A stretch of 63,947 nt of DNA, filler included, from Octopus bimaculoides (GCF_001194135.2; 9 parts of 9 records of this genome joined end to end with filler, not necessarily neighbours in it); one strand, 5' to 3'; positions 41,261-54,330 are shown, counted from the whole stretch's first letter. Notes: a model not told the origin generated them from the letters alone. Numbers and translations are program-made.

Positions 41261-41553
41261 GGGCACCAGCATAGCCACAGTCCAATGACTAAAATCCATG
41301 AAGGTTTTAGTCAAGCACATTGAGTCCTATACTTATATATTTAAAAAGAGAAACCGATGATTTACAGCAAGATAAACAGACCAACGCCGGTTGTCAGGAG
41401 GTGGCGGGAACAAATGTAGATACACTCGCACACATATGTACTATGTTTGCATGTGTATACACACACATGCATACATACATAACATACATACATATACACA
41501 TGCGCACACATGCGCGCACACACTCACACACACACACACACACACGCCCGCAT

Positions 41554-41589
<36 letters not shown>

Positions 41590-42067
41590 ACATACACACA
41601 CATACGGCTGATGTTTGACACTGTTCCTGTCTGTCTTTCAAATTCACTTGCAAATTTCGAGGTCACAGCAGAAGACACTTTCTCAAGGTACTACGCATTG
41701 AGATTGAACCTAAAATCACGTGGTTGCAATTCGAGCTTTTTTTTTAATTACACAGGCGCAAAGAAATTAAAAGTACTACGTTGAGTCAATTTATTCGATA
41801 AAAGCCTTCGATATTGTATCTAAACACAGCCGCCGTCCAATTACTAAAACGAGTAAAAAATGAAAGCTAAAAGCCGCTTGAATTGTGGGATGGATATTCT
41901 GGTGTATCGATATTGTGAGCCGGTTATATTCAATATAATGGACCAGAGGTAGGTCTTGCAAGGTGATGTGATGAGAAACAAAGAGTGTCGGCTGGACTTA
42001 GATAAAAATGATACACTCTTAGGCGGAGAGGCTGTTGTAGTAAAGGCAGGAAAACGTTGAAGGTACA

Positions 42068-42270
42068 GTCCTTTCTACTTAAGGCACAAGGCCTGAAATT
42101 TTGTGGGGGGGGGGGACTAGTCGATTACATCGACCCCAGTATTTTACTGGTACTTAATTTATCGACCCCGAAAGGATGAAAAGCAAAGTCGACCTCGGCG
42201 GAATTTGAACTCAGATCGTAAAGACGGACTAAGCATTTCGTCCAGCATGCTAACGATTCTGCCAGCTCAC
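42068..42270 (-). mobile_element. SINE family A
   Basis: Reverse complement of the same head, B-box, core and tail. Confidence 0.88.
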
Positions 42271-42677
42271 AGCCTTAATCCCTTCCCCGGCGATTGTGTT
42301 TGGAGAAAAAGTTTCATTTTCAGACGAATTTTTTTTATTGCTTTCTTCTTTTTTTTAATGGTATTTTGAATGCTGATAATGGAAATAGAAAGTTCATACT
42401 CATTGTCATCTTCTGAACTCGACATACGGGCGTAATTTATAAAAAGAAAAAAAAAAAAACAGCAAAAAAACGAGAATTGACGTTTAAACTCATGTTTGGG
42501 TGTTTTTGAAATCATATGTTTTGGACGAGTTTACTCGTCGTACTCTGAAAGAGACAAATTGGGTGAAAAGATGTTAACTCGTCTTTGCCGGGTTAAAGCT
42601 ACAATATTGGTTAAAGCTACAATATTGCTAACTCCACGCCAATACTCGGAGTGTTGGTCTCTTCTATCGCAATTGAC

Positions 42678-42707
42678 AGGTTAGGGTTAGGGTTAGGGTT
42701 AGGGTTA
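42678..42707 (+). repeat. Short interstitial (TTAGGG)4 tract
   Basis: Read directly. Confidence 0.85.
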
Positions 42708-43604
42708 CGACTCCTCAACTTCTTGATAGACAACCTGAACAGATGATTTGTTTATAGCGATCAAATATATAGGCTGTACATTGCATCACTTCCTCCAACA
42801 AATTGACATTGACTCTAGAAGTGCACCGTGGGCCACGTGTCAGATGTTGAAGTAATCGCAGAGCAATCTGAAATGAAAGGTTTTGCTCAAGAACACAACG
42901 CACCGACTGGAATATCATAAAATTCATAACACTTGCTGTCGTGTAGCTTTTAATATTCAGTTAACCAAATTTGAGAAATGGAGTTCAGTTCACGAATGCA
43001 GATATATAATTTATATATGTCACAAATGTGTTAAAAGTTGAATGAAGTTCAATGAATTTCAGTTCAAAGTTTATAGTTTTGCTCTGCATTCGAAACCCTG
43101 CTGTTATACGTCCATTTTGAAAAATGTCTATCATAGTGTCACATTACAGTCGTTCTTATGATAATACTACCTACCACAGGACTCGACCAAAAACCATTCG
43201 GTAATTTTAATTTACTGCTTGCATCAACCAGCTATTTTATTCTTATTACTAAACTCCAAGTTAGTGTCGACGTATTTAATGTAAAGAGCATTTAAAAGCT
43301 ACATAGAAATAATTGTGCAGACACGAAAAATAAAACACGAAAACAAACAAAAAGAAAAAAATGAAACAGTGAATATATGTGCAACATCAATTTTCCAGAA
43401 CATTTTGTTCCAAAGCGTGTCCGGATTATTGATTTTTCTGGACTAGTGGTGGTCACCTTGATCAATACACTCTAAATTAAAGAAATATTAAATTTACTTA
43501 AATAATTAAATGAAATACGGGTACTTGTAAATTTGTGTGAATTAGTGCAGATTGTAAAAGATTCTGGACTACCAGTTCCTGGAAACTCGGTGTAATAATC
43601 AAGG

Positions 43605-43945
43605 AAGACGCATGGCTCAGTGGTTAGAGCATCAGGCTCATAATCATGAGGTTATGAGTTCGATTCCTGGACCAGGCTGGATCTTGTGTTGTTGATCAAG
43701 ACACTTTATTTTCACATTACTCCAGTTCACTCAGCTATAGAAATGAGTTGCGATGTCACTGGCGCCAAGCTGTATCAGTCTTTGCCACTCCCTTGGATAA
43801 GATTGGTGGCATGGAGAGTAGAGGCTGGTATGCATGGGTGACTGCTGGTCTTCCATAAAAAACCTTGTCAGGACTTGTGCCTCGGAGGGTAACTTTCTAG
43901 GTGCAATCCCATGGTCATTCATGACCAATGGGGGGGTCTTTACTC
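43605..43945 (+). mobile_element. SINE family B, full length
   Basis: Same head, central domain and 3' body as 27160, without the duplication. Confidence 0.88.
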
Positions 43946-44196
43946 TTAATCAAGGAATAGTATTATTTAACTGGTTGTCTTTGGCTTAAGAGGCAGAGAG
44001 AAATAAGGTTTGCTATGAAATAGAAGAGGGGGGAGAAATTTCCCTCAGTGGGGAGGGAATCACTGAGAAAGAGATTTTATTTTCATTTCCTATATACTTA
44101 TTTTATTATGCGACTAGGTATTTCTATATAATTCATTCTTACATTACTTATATTATTTACATTTGACGGATATTTGTCCTCATCTTGCTTGTTGTT

Positions 44197-44242
44197 AAAA
44201 CAACGTTTCGGCTGATATACCCTCCAGCCTTCATCAGGTGTC
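44197..44242 (-). ncRNA. Minimal type I hammerhead motif in a Penelope-like LTR-type repeat (~44150-44300)
   Basis: GACAC-CUGAUGA-A-GGCUG(GAGGGUAUAU)CAGCC-GAAAC-GUU-GUUUU. Palindromic ACGU stem III; stem I has one mismatch. Confidence 0.62.
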
Positions 44243-44300
44243 TTGGGGAAATTTCAAACCTGGATTCTCATTCCTAAAGTATTTTTCGATGTTGTTGTTG

Positions 44301-44374
<74 letters not shown>

Positions 44375-44474
44375 NNNNNNNNNNNNNNNNNNNNNNNNNN
44401 NNNNNNNNNNNNNNNNNNTTAATTAATTAANNNNNNNNNNNNNNNNNNNNNNNNNNNNNNNNNNNNNNNNNNNN

Positions 44475-44965
44475 AAAATGCTTAGCGGTATTTCGTCCGT
44501 CCGTCCGTCTTAACGATCTGAGTTCAAATTCCGCCAAGGTTGACTTTGCATTTTATCCTTTCGGGGTCGATAAAATAAGTACTAGTTGAGCACTGGGGTC
44601 GATGTAATCGACTAACTCTCTCCCTCAAAACTGCTGACCTCGTGCGTTCTGAGGGGTATTTTTACCTTTAATCCTTCCGGGGTTAATTAATTAAATATCC
44701 GTTCCATTCAAGAACAGGGGTTCGATTAAATCACCTGAATATTATCAAGAACTAGGACAGTGCCTTGGCAGAATCATCAGAACGTTGGTTAACATATGTT
44801 GTGCTTGTTCCGGATCGTTAAGGTCTGAGTTCAAATCCCACCGGGGTCGACTTTCTTTCACCTTTTCAGGTCGATGAAATAAAGTATCAATCACTTAATG
44901 AGTTCGTTAGTGTCGCTTAATTTCCTCCCTTCAAAACTGCAGCCCTTGTGATTAAATTTGAAAGA
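44475..44965 (+). mobile_element. Two adjacent SINE family A copies (44475-44645 and 44760-44965)
   Basis: Each has ctgagttcaaat(t)cc..gtcgacttt..gtcgat(a/g)aaata. The second copy is more diverged. Confidence 0.8.
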
Positions 44966-45615
44966 AATCTGACTCCTACAGAAAAGCACACATATCATCT
45001 TCACATGCCGACATCACAGATATCTTCTCATCAGAGACACTGTGGAAGGTTTTATCCATTTTAAGGACAAGCAACATATCTATGACCGAAGATCTCATAA
45101 TGAAGAGAGAAAAAAATATATAATGTAGAAAAGGTATAAGCGGGTTTGCTGTTCTACTTGCTATTGTTGCTGTAGTTTAATCTTAGGTCAGCCCTTACTG
45201 AGGATTTCAGAGCAAATGCATTCCAACTATGGCAATTCTGTCCTTATTTCACATACACAATGCATCGAGAACAACGGGCTCTTCATTTTTAAAGATGGAT
45301 GATATGATTTGAGGGATATTTTGTTATCGTTTGCAGCATATCGAGAGTAGATACAACAACAGAAGCCCATACTGATCTTGTTAAACAAGGAAAGAGGTTC
45401 AAGTTGTAGTAGAAATTATTGTGGAAATCAAGTAATTGCAACGCTCAAGTTGCGATATAAAGTTAAACACACACACACAGACGTCATAAGAATATAAAAA
45501 AATATGAGAACGTGAATTAACTCTTTTGAGGAGCGGTGAATCTCGGAGCAAATAAAGCTATACATACAAGTGTGTAAATATTGGGTTAAACACCCTTTGG
45601 ATAGTAAAAGCCGAA

Positions 45616-45685
45616 GGCTGCCCATGGGACTCGAACCCACACTTGTAAATATGACAGATGTTTTACCATTGCACCAAAGTAATCC
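45616..45685 (-). pseudogene. Degenerate tRNA or isolated tRNA-derived SINE head
   Basis: A-box TGGTGCAATGGTAA and T-arm GTGGG-TTCGAGT-CCCAT are present. The acceptor stem is broken and the anticodon arm cannot be formed. Confidence 0.5.
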
Positions 45686-46048
45686 TTCAAGCTTTTCTTT
45701 CCCTATACGCATACATATCACAACAGCATCTTCAGTACAAACACATTACTAATTTTCAGAAAATGTGCCATTCGGTGCAGCAATCGAATCTATGAAGTTA
45801 CAATCGTGAGCCCACTAGATCACCCACCTTTATCGTTACGATAAAAAAAATGGTTATTAAGACAATTGGTTTATATAATTGAGAGAAATGTAAGAGAGTT
45901 TGATTTAAATTTCAATTTTAAATATCGTGTGTGATAGTTCGATTTCAGTTTCGATTTGAACTTCTAATGTGATAAATAATTCGATCGCAATTCTGATTTT
46001 AAACTTCCTTTGTATTGTTTAGTCAATGTTATTTTTCTTCTTTTGCAG

Positions 46049-46217
46049 CTCAAACCAATTCGCCCAGTTAGTGGTCAGAATTTATGATAAGAAAGGAATG
46101 GGTTGTATACATTTCGATAGTTTCATCAATGCTTGCGTTTTGTTGAAGTTGTTGACGAACAGGTTCGAAGAAAAAGACCCCCGTGGAGCAAAACGGATCC
46201 AACTAGACATGGAACAA
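46049..46217 (+). CDS. Penta-EF-hand protein (PDCD6/peflin/sorcin family), penultimate coding exon
   Basis: Acceptor ttttcttcttttgcag|C and donor GAACAA|gtaatt; 169 nt, phase 2 to 0. Encodes SNQFAQLVVRIYDKKGMGCIHFDSFINACVLLKLLTNRFEEKDPRGAKRIQLDMEQ, which aligns by eye with EF4-EF5 of ALG-2/PDCD6 ([56 protein letters not shown], recalled). Confidence 0.88.
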
Positions 46218-46435
46218 GTAATTTTCAAAAAAAGAAATTCTTTTAGATATTGTTACAAATGTTTTTCTTGTTGTTTTAGCGCTAAGTCTGACCTGGTTCA
46301 GCAGATATATTGCATTTAAAACCATGGTCATCTTCAGACAAAAAAAAAAAAAAGCAAAAATAAATAATGATATCTCGAATGAATTTTTTTTTTGTCACTC
46401 GAGATGATGGTGGCCAAATTTTGGCCGACTTGGAG

Positions 46436-46576
46436 CAGGCATGGGTAATCTTTTGCGAGAAGCGGGCCGCATGTAACATGACTCATCATCAGTGCGGGTC
46501 AAAATTAAAAAAAAAAACTTTGAAGGAAATTTTTCGATAGGCGTGCCATACAGAAAGTCCTGCGAGCCCATGACCG
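46436..46576. mobile_element. Possible hAT-type MITE in the last PEF intron
   Basis: Starts CAGGCATGGGTAATCTTTT..GGGCCGCATG (hAT/Charlie-like). Imperfect right TIR (8/11); no 8-bp TSD found. Confidence 0.3.
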
Positions 46577-47143
46577 AATTAAATAATCTTTCCAGAATAT
46601 ATATATCGTGATAAAACAACAGAACAAGCACCCATTCAAAATTCTTCCGAAGTTGTTTCGCACCCTTTTGTATGTAGTTCGTCAGAAACAGACGTACGGT
46701 ATTATTTTGCCAATATCTTTCCTCGATGTTGTTGTATTGTAATATTTAACCTTCTCTCTCGCCATCTACGTTATAACCTAGAAGTAGCCTATCACATACT
46801 CTTAATTTCTGTTGTGATGACAATGTTTTGTTCCAGAGACAACTGTATATTTTTTTTCCGGAAGAATTCTGGAAGGATGTCTGTTGAGATACATAAAAAC
46901 ATTCTGAAGAAGAAAAAAAAAAAGACTATCGCCGCTCACATCGTAACACATGGTTTACTATTATTTTCATGTGTCTTTTTTTGTTTTTTCTTGCCACGAA
47001 TAAGGTATTTTCATACTAAAATATCAAGAATCGGACAATTTATATAAATTGATATAATACTATGAAGCCTTCTTTTAACTATTTTAAAGATACTTTTAAA
47101 TCCTAATCTTTCATAATTATAATCTAATTTTTCTATTTTTCAG

Positions 47144-47185
47144 TTCATTGAAATGGTTGTAGACACGTTTCTTATTCAATGTTAA
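47144..47185 (+). CDS. Penta-EF-hand protein, terminal coding exon
   Basis: Acceptor tttttctatttttcag|TTC, phase 0, matching the previous exon. Encodes FIEMVVDTFLIQC*, the expected final EF5 helix. AT-rich 3'UTR follows, with AATAAA near 47637. Confidence 0.85.
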   Translation, partial: FIEMVVDTFLIQC

Positions 47186-49928
47186 CCAAACCCGAGCCAA
47201 TGAATTTGAACAACGATTTGAAGAGTTCTCAAACGAGTAGACAACACATTAGAGCTGTCATATGTTTCTTTTATATCTTCTCATGTTACCCAACTCCCTA
47301 AAAAAAAAGTAACTCAGGGTACTCCTATACGTGTAAAACTGAAATCTAGGTCTAAATGAAAGTCTATGGTGTTACAGAAGACTTGAACACAGGACCGAAG
47401 AAAAAAAGAAACAGTTTGTTTAATGAAACAAATTACGATGAAATAGTTAAAGGTTCCGTTGATGCTTTATCTAGATGTTCCTGCAATCAAAGCATTTCAA
47501 ATGATTTTTCTGAAGATATTTTTTTCGAGGAAATTAACAGCTAAAAGCACTGAGAAATATATTTCACGTTGACCTGAAACCAGGTTAGTCCTGAAACAAT
47601 TGTGGACAACAAATTTTAATTTCTGTAATGATGTGTAAATAAATTAAATTAACTTATTTCCTATTTTTATTCAGTAAATATTTTTTTCATTAAACCCTTT
47701 AATTCACTGATTTGATTTAGTAAAACACTAAATTATATTTCAAGCACATTTAATTATATTTCGCACTGGTCTGGAACTAGAGCAACCATGAATCACAGTA
47801 CATTTGAATTTCTGTAATCATGTGTAAAATAACTATCTTTCTTTATTTTCATTCAGAAAAAAAATCTACATCAAAGCCTTTAATAACTGACGAATCAGAT
47901 TCAGTAATTTAATTATATATATATCGCAGTCAACATCTTGCTTACAAATGATTAAGCAAAAAACAATTTTAATTAAGCTTATGTTTAAATTAGAGACAAA
48001 ATTAAGATTATGTTCACACGCTAGTTAAAATCCTAGTTAACCTTTGTAATTAAGAAGCCTATATAAGCCGGGTCTCAAGTTTCATAATAGGCTAATAGTG
48101 TACTTGTCTGGAAGTGGATAAGAGATCGTATGTGAGAGAATATATCTATAGCCAGGTCGTATAAGTCCGATGAAAGAAAATACACTAAACATGCGTTTTG
48201 ATAAAAAGAAGTTTAATGAAGTTGTATATGCATGCATTTTAAATGACTTTCAGTACCATTAAGATACAATACATATGTACTCTTGGGCTAATTAAAAATA
48301 CTGGCATATTACCTCGTTAAGCTCCGTTATAAAACGATAAGATCAGTTTACCTATCTCAGCTTTCCAACTACACACACATACCAAATTCTAAAAGATGTT
48401 ATGCAAGAGGATTTCCGTAGATTCAAATGGCAAAGAAAATTATTGCACTATTTCCTCTCAAAACTTGAAATATGGTCTTCTAAGCGATCTTCTCCCGGAA
48501 ATTCGTATATATATATATATATATATATATACATACATAACAAATGTGTTTATATATATACATTTATATATATATATATACACATAACAAATGTGTTTAT
48601 ATATATACATTTATATATNNNNNNNNNNNNNNNNNNNNNNNNNNNNNNNNNNNNNNNNNNNNTTAATTAATTAANNNNNNNNNNNNNNNNNNNNNNNNNN
48701 NNNNNNNNNNNNNNNNNNATATATATATATATATATATACACATATATATACACATATCTACATACATATAAGCATACATACATATACACTAACGAATGC
48801 CTATATCTTGTGATATATCGGTGTTCATGTGAGAGTGCATGTGTAAGAGGAAGACGGAGATGTACAGAAATTAGCCTTCGGGAAAGTTTAGCTTGTGAGA
48901 TAAAGATATATCGATCAAAACATAAAAAAAAAATTGTTAGCACAAATACCAGCATCACTATTAGCAACGTTATAAAAGCGTTAACCAAACAGCATTCACT
49001 TAAATATCAAATATATAAATGCTTCTAAACTAGATATTTCTATTGGATATTCTGATTTTATTTTCGGGAAAAGCGAGCTTTAATCAAGTCTTAAGTCTAG
49101 ATTTAATGATGTAAAACAGGCAAATATTCTGTAGAAAGTTTTAACTAGAAAGAAAGAAGATATTATTTAAAAACAATTTCATCCTCCATTTAACACGCAC
49201 ACATGCAAGGAGGTATGCGTGCAAGCATATATGCATAGATGTATGCATGCATTCATGTATGTATGTACGGAGGCAGGTACGTACGTGTGTTGTATGTGTT
49301 ATATATGTATGTATAAACGTTTGTGTATGGATGTATTCATATTTTAATATATACTTGTGCAAGACATTAGTCTTATAACTTATTTCTCTTCACGTTATCG
49401 CTATCGTTCTCACAAATGCTATATAAAACAAGATGACGGAATGTTTTTACGAATGAATTTTAACTGTTTCTATGTAACATTAATGAGCCAAAAATAAATG
49501 CAAAAATATTTTTTTCCAGTCAAGTGTGATTTCCTACAAATTTATTATACACTATCACAGATAGCAAACGATATTCTGTGACATAGAGTGATATGATTCT
49601 TCCAGGCGCTGGCGATCGAAATTATTGGTAGGATGATGAACTGTTTCCTTAACAATCTTTAGTTTCTATTCATTTTATCACATTGAAGTCTGCTTTCCTC
49701 TGAAATACATTTCATTTCCTTCGAGCTAGTATAGTTTATAAAATTCTATTTAGGTCCGATGATGTATTTAGATCAAATTAACCGTGTATAAATTAATGAC
49801 GTTTTGCAAATACTGGATATTATTCATCAGACGACTTTCGTTATTTATATTGTAATTTATATAAACGTGAATGTGCAATTTATACATGCACATGCGTAAG
49901 ATATACACATAACAAGCACATATTTGTG

Positions 49929-49983
<55 letters not shown>

Positions 49984-50195
49984 GTCTGTCTGTCTGTCTG
50001 TCTGTCTGTCCACACGTACATCCATCCATCCAGCCATCCAGCCAGCCATCCATCCATCCCTACATACATACATACATACGTACATACATACAAGTACACG
50101 GACACGAGGTGCATCCTAGAAGGTTTGAGACATTTTAGAAGATACAGTTATTAATTTCAACGCTTTAATTTCCTCCAAAGTAGTATATATGCTTG

Positions 50196-50226
<31 letters not shown>

Positions 50227-50637
50227 TAACATAAAGAAAAGAAGGTAAAAGGAAAAGTAACAGAGAACTCTATGGATGTTCAAATGTGATCTAATTTCCC
50301 CTGATTCTTTGTTTTATTTTGAAAAAACAAAATTTATTCAGATAATGCATTGATTTATCTCTGTGGAAGAAGGATGTGGGAAGAAACCCAGTTTGTCAAT
50401 GAATGTCAGTGATGCGTAACCAATTCTCGTAGCAAATCATTTAGTAGTATAGAAAAGATAGTAGTAATGCAGAGTTTATGTGATGGATGGGAAGGTAGGA
50501 TCGAACTCAATTGTCAGCAGTCAGCTGAGCATTTATAAAACCTTCGAACAATGAAATGTATTCTCAGACAACTATAATCTAGCAGCAGTGGCAGAAGCCA
50601 CAGTAGCAGCAGCAACAACAGCAGCAGCACCAATAGC

Positions 50638-50668
<31 letters not shown>

Positions 50669-51499
50669 TTGGTGACATGGTATTGTCGAGGTGATGTTGT
50701 AGATGGTGGTGCAGGTGGTTGTATTAATAGTGTTACAGGAGGTGTGGGTGCTGTAAAATTTCAGTTGTGAAAGTTGTATAATCGATAGTGTCAATGATGA
50801 TGATGGTGGTGATATTAATGTGGTATGAGTTGGTAGTGGTGAAGTACCCTTATAAAGATGGTATAAGTGGTAGTGTTAATAATGGTGGTGGTGTCGTCAA
50901 TTTGGCAGGGAGCAATAATGGTGGAGTTTGTAAAAGGTAGTAATTGCGATGATATTATGAACATTGTATACGCGGTAGGTGTGATTGGTGTTAGGTGTTT
51001 GGAAAACATGACCAAGGAGTTGTTCGATATTCTTGCTACTGTTGTTGTTTAGTCTCAGGCTTAATATCTATTTGAGTAGACCTATGACAAAATGCATTCA
51101 AGCCATGGCCAACCAGCCTTTTTTGTATATTTAGGAATGAATTGCACAATGTGACTTTTTAAGATGGTGAGGTCTTATTTTGAGGGATAGTTGATAGCAG
51201 TTTCTAGATTACCGCTCGAGCACATAATAGTTGTACAAATATGGTACTAGGGTTTTTAATGGTCATGTTGGTGATGGTGGCAATGGTGCTTCCGTTGGCA
51301 ATAGCTGAGCTGTAGATATTGATATTATGTTGAGAGGTACTAAAGTAATAGATGTCCGTCGATTTCATCAACTGATCTATCTGCTTATTGAATATTCTAA
51401 TGACACATGTACTGTTAACTTAATCCCCGAAATAAATCAGCGTAAAAATGTAACATGGCTGAAAATTTATGGTGCAAGAACAATACGTCCAATGGGTAT

Positions 51500-51745
51500 T
51501 CACAAAGTTTCCTATTTCTTTACTGCTCACAAGGGGCTACACGCAGAGGGGACAAACAAGGACAGACAAACGGATTAAGTCGATTATATCGACCCCAGTG
51601 CGTAACTGGTACTTTTTTTTTATCGACCCCAAAAGGATGAAAGGCAAAGTCGACCTCGGCGGAATTTGAACTCAGAAAGTAACGGCAGACGAAATACCGC
51701 TAAACATTTCGCCCGGCGCGCTAACGTTTCTGCAAACTTGCCGCC
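51500..51745 (-). mobile_element. SINE family A, variant with a longer 3' tail
   Basis: Family A core plus the tail ccgtttgtctgtccttgtttgtcccctctg. The same tail type appears at 34902-34955 (+). Confidence 0.85.
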
Positions 51746-52255
51746 TGAGTTCACAAAGTTTCTATCTACCTAACACCACCTACGAGGGACATTTTGTGTG
51801 GCACCTTGATTGCTATGGTAATCAAGATGCCCCATAGCGAAAACGAACCTGAAACCTCGTGATTGTAAAAGGAACCCCCAAATGCATAGACGCATTTTGT
51901 GTTCATTTGACATATTGAGCCTCGACGAACTTGCTACTTTGGTACTTTTGACACCCATATTCCTCAACACTATTATTAGCCGTATAACAGAAGTGAATAG
52001 TTGCAATGAAAAATCCAAACCAGCTTCCTATCCTGTAGTACCGCGGTAAAGTCATTGAAATGTATGTCTTCGGTAGGCGGTAGACTGAACTCAAAATTTA
52101 AGGAGATATTACTAGTACTCTACCGATTCTACTAAATAATAATTTTTCAATATTTTATCGACTAAGAGAGGATGATAAACAGACGACTTCGCCGAAATAT
52201 TAGTCATGAATAATAATAATAATAATTATAATAAAGCTGCTGTTGCTGCTGAGGG

Positions 52256-52289
<34 letters not shown>

Positions 52290-52707
52290 GATGAGGGGAA
52301 GATAATGCTGATTGTTGTTGTTGTGGTGGTGATGATGGTGATGAGGATACTGGAGGTAGTTGGGTGGTAGTAGCTGTGTGTGTGTAATGTGTCTGTATGT
52401 GAATGAGAGAGATAAGACAGCAAAAGTAAAGTGACATAGAGAGAGAGAGAGGGAGAGAGAGAGAATTGGAGAGAAGGAAGGAGAGGAGACAAAGAAAGAG
52501 AGAAAGCGAGAGAGTGAGAGAGAGCGAGGGGATGCGCGTGGGAGAAAGATATGAAATATACTGAGAGTTTAAGGGATGAACGGAAATAAGATGAAGGGGT
52601 AGATATATACATACGCTGAATGTCACATAGTGAGAGACAAAGAGAGAGAGTGGAGGAGATAGGAGGAGAGAGAAAGAGAGAGAGAAGGTGGAGGAGAGAG
52701 AAACAGG

Positions 52708-52799
<92 letters not shown>

Positions 52800-53899
52800 G
52801 TGAGAAAGACTGGGGAGAAGGACGCAGAGACAGAGAGAGGTGGTTGAAGAGGTATGTGTGTGTGTTAGTGTGAATGAGAGGGATTTGTGGAATCATCTAT
52901 CAGACAGATGTAATGAAGCTTAGACTGAAGATAAAAGCAGTTCTTAGACTGTAGCATAAACAGCGATAATGTGTAGTAGCATAGTAATGGTAGTGGCGGT
53001 GGCGGTGGTTTCAGAAGTGATATTGCATTTGGTGGTGGTTTGAAGTAGCGATGGTGGTACCGGTTGAGGTATTAGATTTACTTGTGATGGCTGTATTGCT
53101 AGTGTGTTTGGATGGCGGTGGTGGTAGTACTTTAGTATCGATGTTTGGAGTGGTTGAACCGGTAGATTTAGTAGTAGTGGTGTTGGGTGATTTTTACCAG
53201 TGATAGTGGGGATTAAAGTTTTGGTAATGGTAGTGAGGTGGAGGTTCTATTAATGATGATAGTGTTTTCAGTATTTACGAGGTGATGCTTGTATTTTTGC
53301 TGGTGTAGCGTATGAGATGCTTTATATTGGGTGATTAGAGAAAAATTACAGTCGTTATATTCGTAGTAAATGACGTAATAGTATATAGTAATGCTGAAAC
53401 TGATTGTAATACAGTATATCATATGTCGCGGTGCTATTAATTAAATACAGTAGTGTTTGTAATTAAAGTTCGATTCTACTTATGTTTCGTAATGCTAGGT
53501 TGAGATTTGCTGTGGCACCAGTAGATATGGTGAAGTCTATGCTAAGTAGATAAAGTATAATACGTGCGAAATATATCCAGCGGTTGAAATGATTCAAGTT
53601 ATAGAAATCATTGAAAAACTATGCTTTTTAGTTTAACCCGACCGTCTGGCACTTAGATTGGTTCAATGCAATTTATTTTGTTGCAAATATTCCGACGGGG
53701 CTCCCGATTTAATGTTGATTATTTTCCTTTTCTCTATTTCCTGCAGAGTTCTTTGCAAGGGCTATGGAGAAAAACGTATTATTTTGTCCTTTAGGAAAAC
53801 GTTTATTTATGTTTATTTATCGCACACAAATTTCCGCTCAGATGTAGGAGACCTGCGAAAAAACAAAACGGAAATCCAGCCAAACAATCCTTACATTCT

Positions 53900-54330
53900 C
53901 TATCAAAAATCATATCGCACAAGGTATCTATGTTGAGAGAGCGTAATGCTAGATTCGAAGATGCAACTGTCTCCGCTTATCACCAGAGACTCAAGTACTT
54001 TTGAATCGAAGGGAATGAGCTCAACCATCTTCCTGTTGGTACCATTGTGTCTTTCCTTCTGTTCGTAGCTGAGTCCACTGGGAACAAACTGCACAAATTA
54101 TGCGCATGCTCAGGTCTTCATGAATAATTCTATGTAGAGCTGCTACATCTACGACAAACTTTATGCTTATTGTCTTTATGGATACACAACAGCCTTCATC
54201 TGGCTCTGATGTTCTGACGTCCCTACACTAGTTTCTGATACTTTTATCTGTGATCATCTCAAGACTTATGATTAGAAGTGAATGACCAAACACTCTTTGG
54301 AAGTCCGTCGAAAGCACATTAGCTGTACTT
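53900..54330 (-). mobile_element. Mariner transposase remnant
   Basis: LHRIIHEDLSMR / FVPSGLSYEQKERH...KMVELIPFDSKVLESLVISGDSCIF matches mariner HEDL.MRK..A.(W/F)VP..L...QK..R...LVT.DESW. Confidence 0.65.

Noticed and set aside
40057-41290. CRISPR-like array
   Set aside because: Units are contiguous near-identical 93-mers without unique spacers, derive from a SINE, and the context is animal DNA.
45761-45806. Possible PEF upstream micro-exon with ag/gt boundaries
   Set aside because: No frame resembles the expected EF3 helix and GY/GF linker.
50579-53420. Val/Gly/Thr-rich ORFs
   Set aside because: They come from eroded (GTG/GTA/GAT)n low-complexity DNA with frequent stops in every frame.
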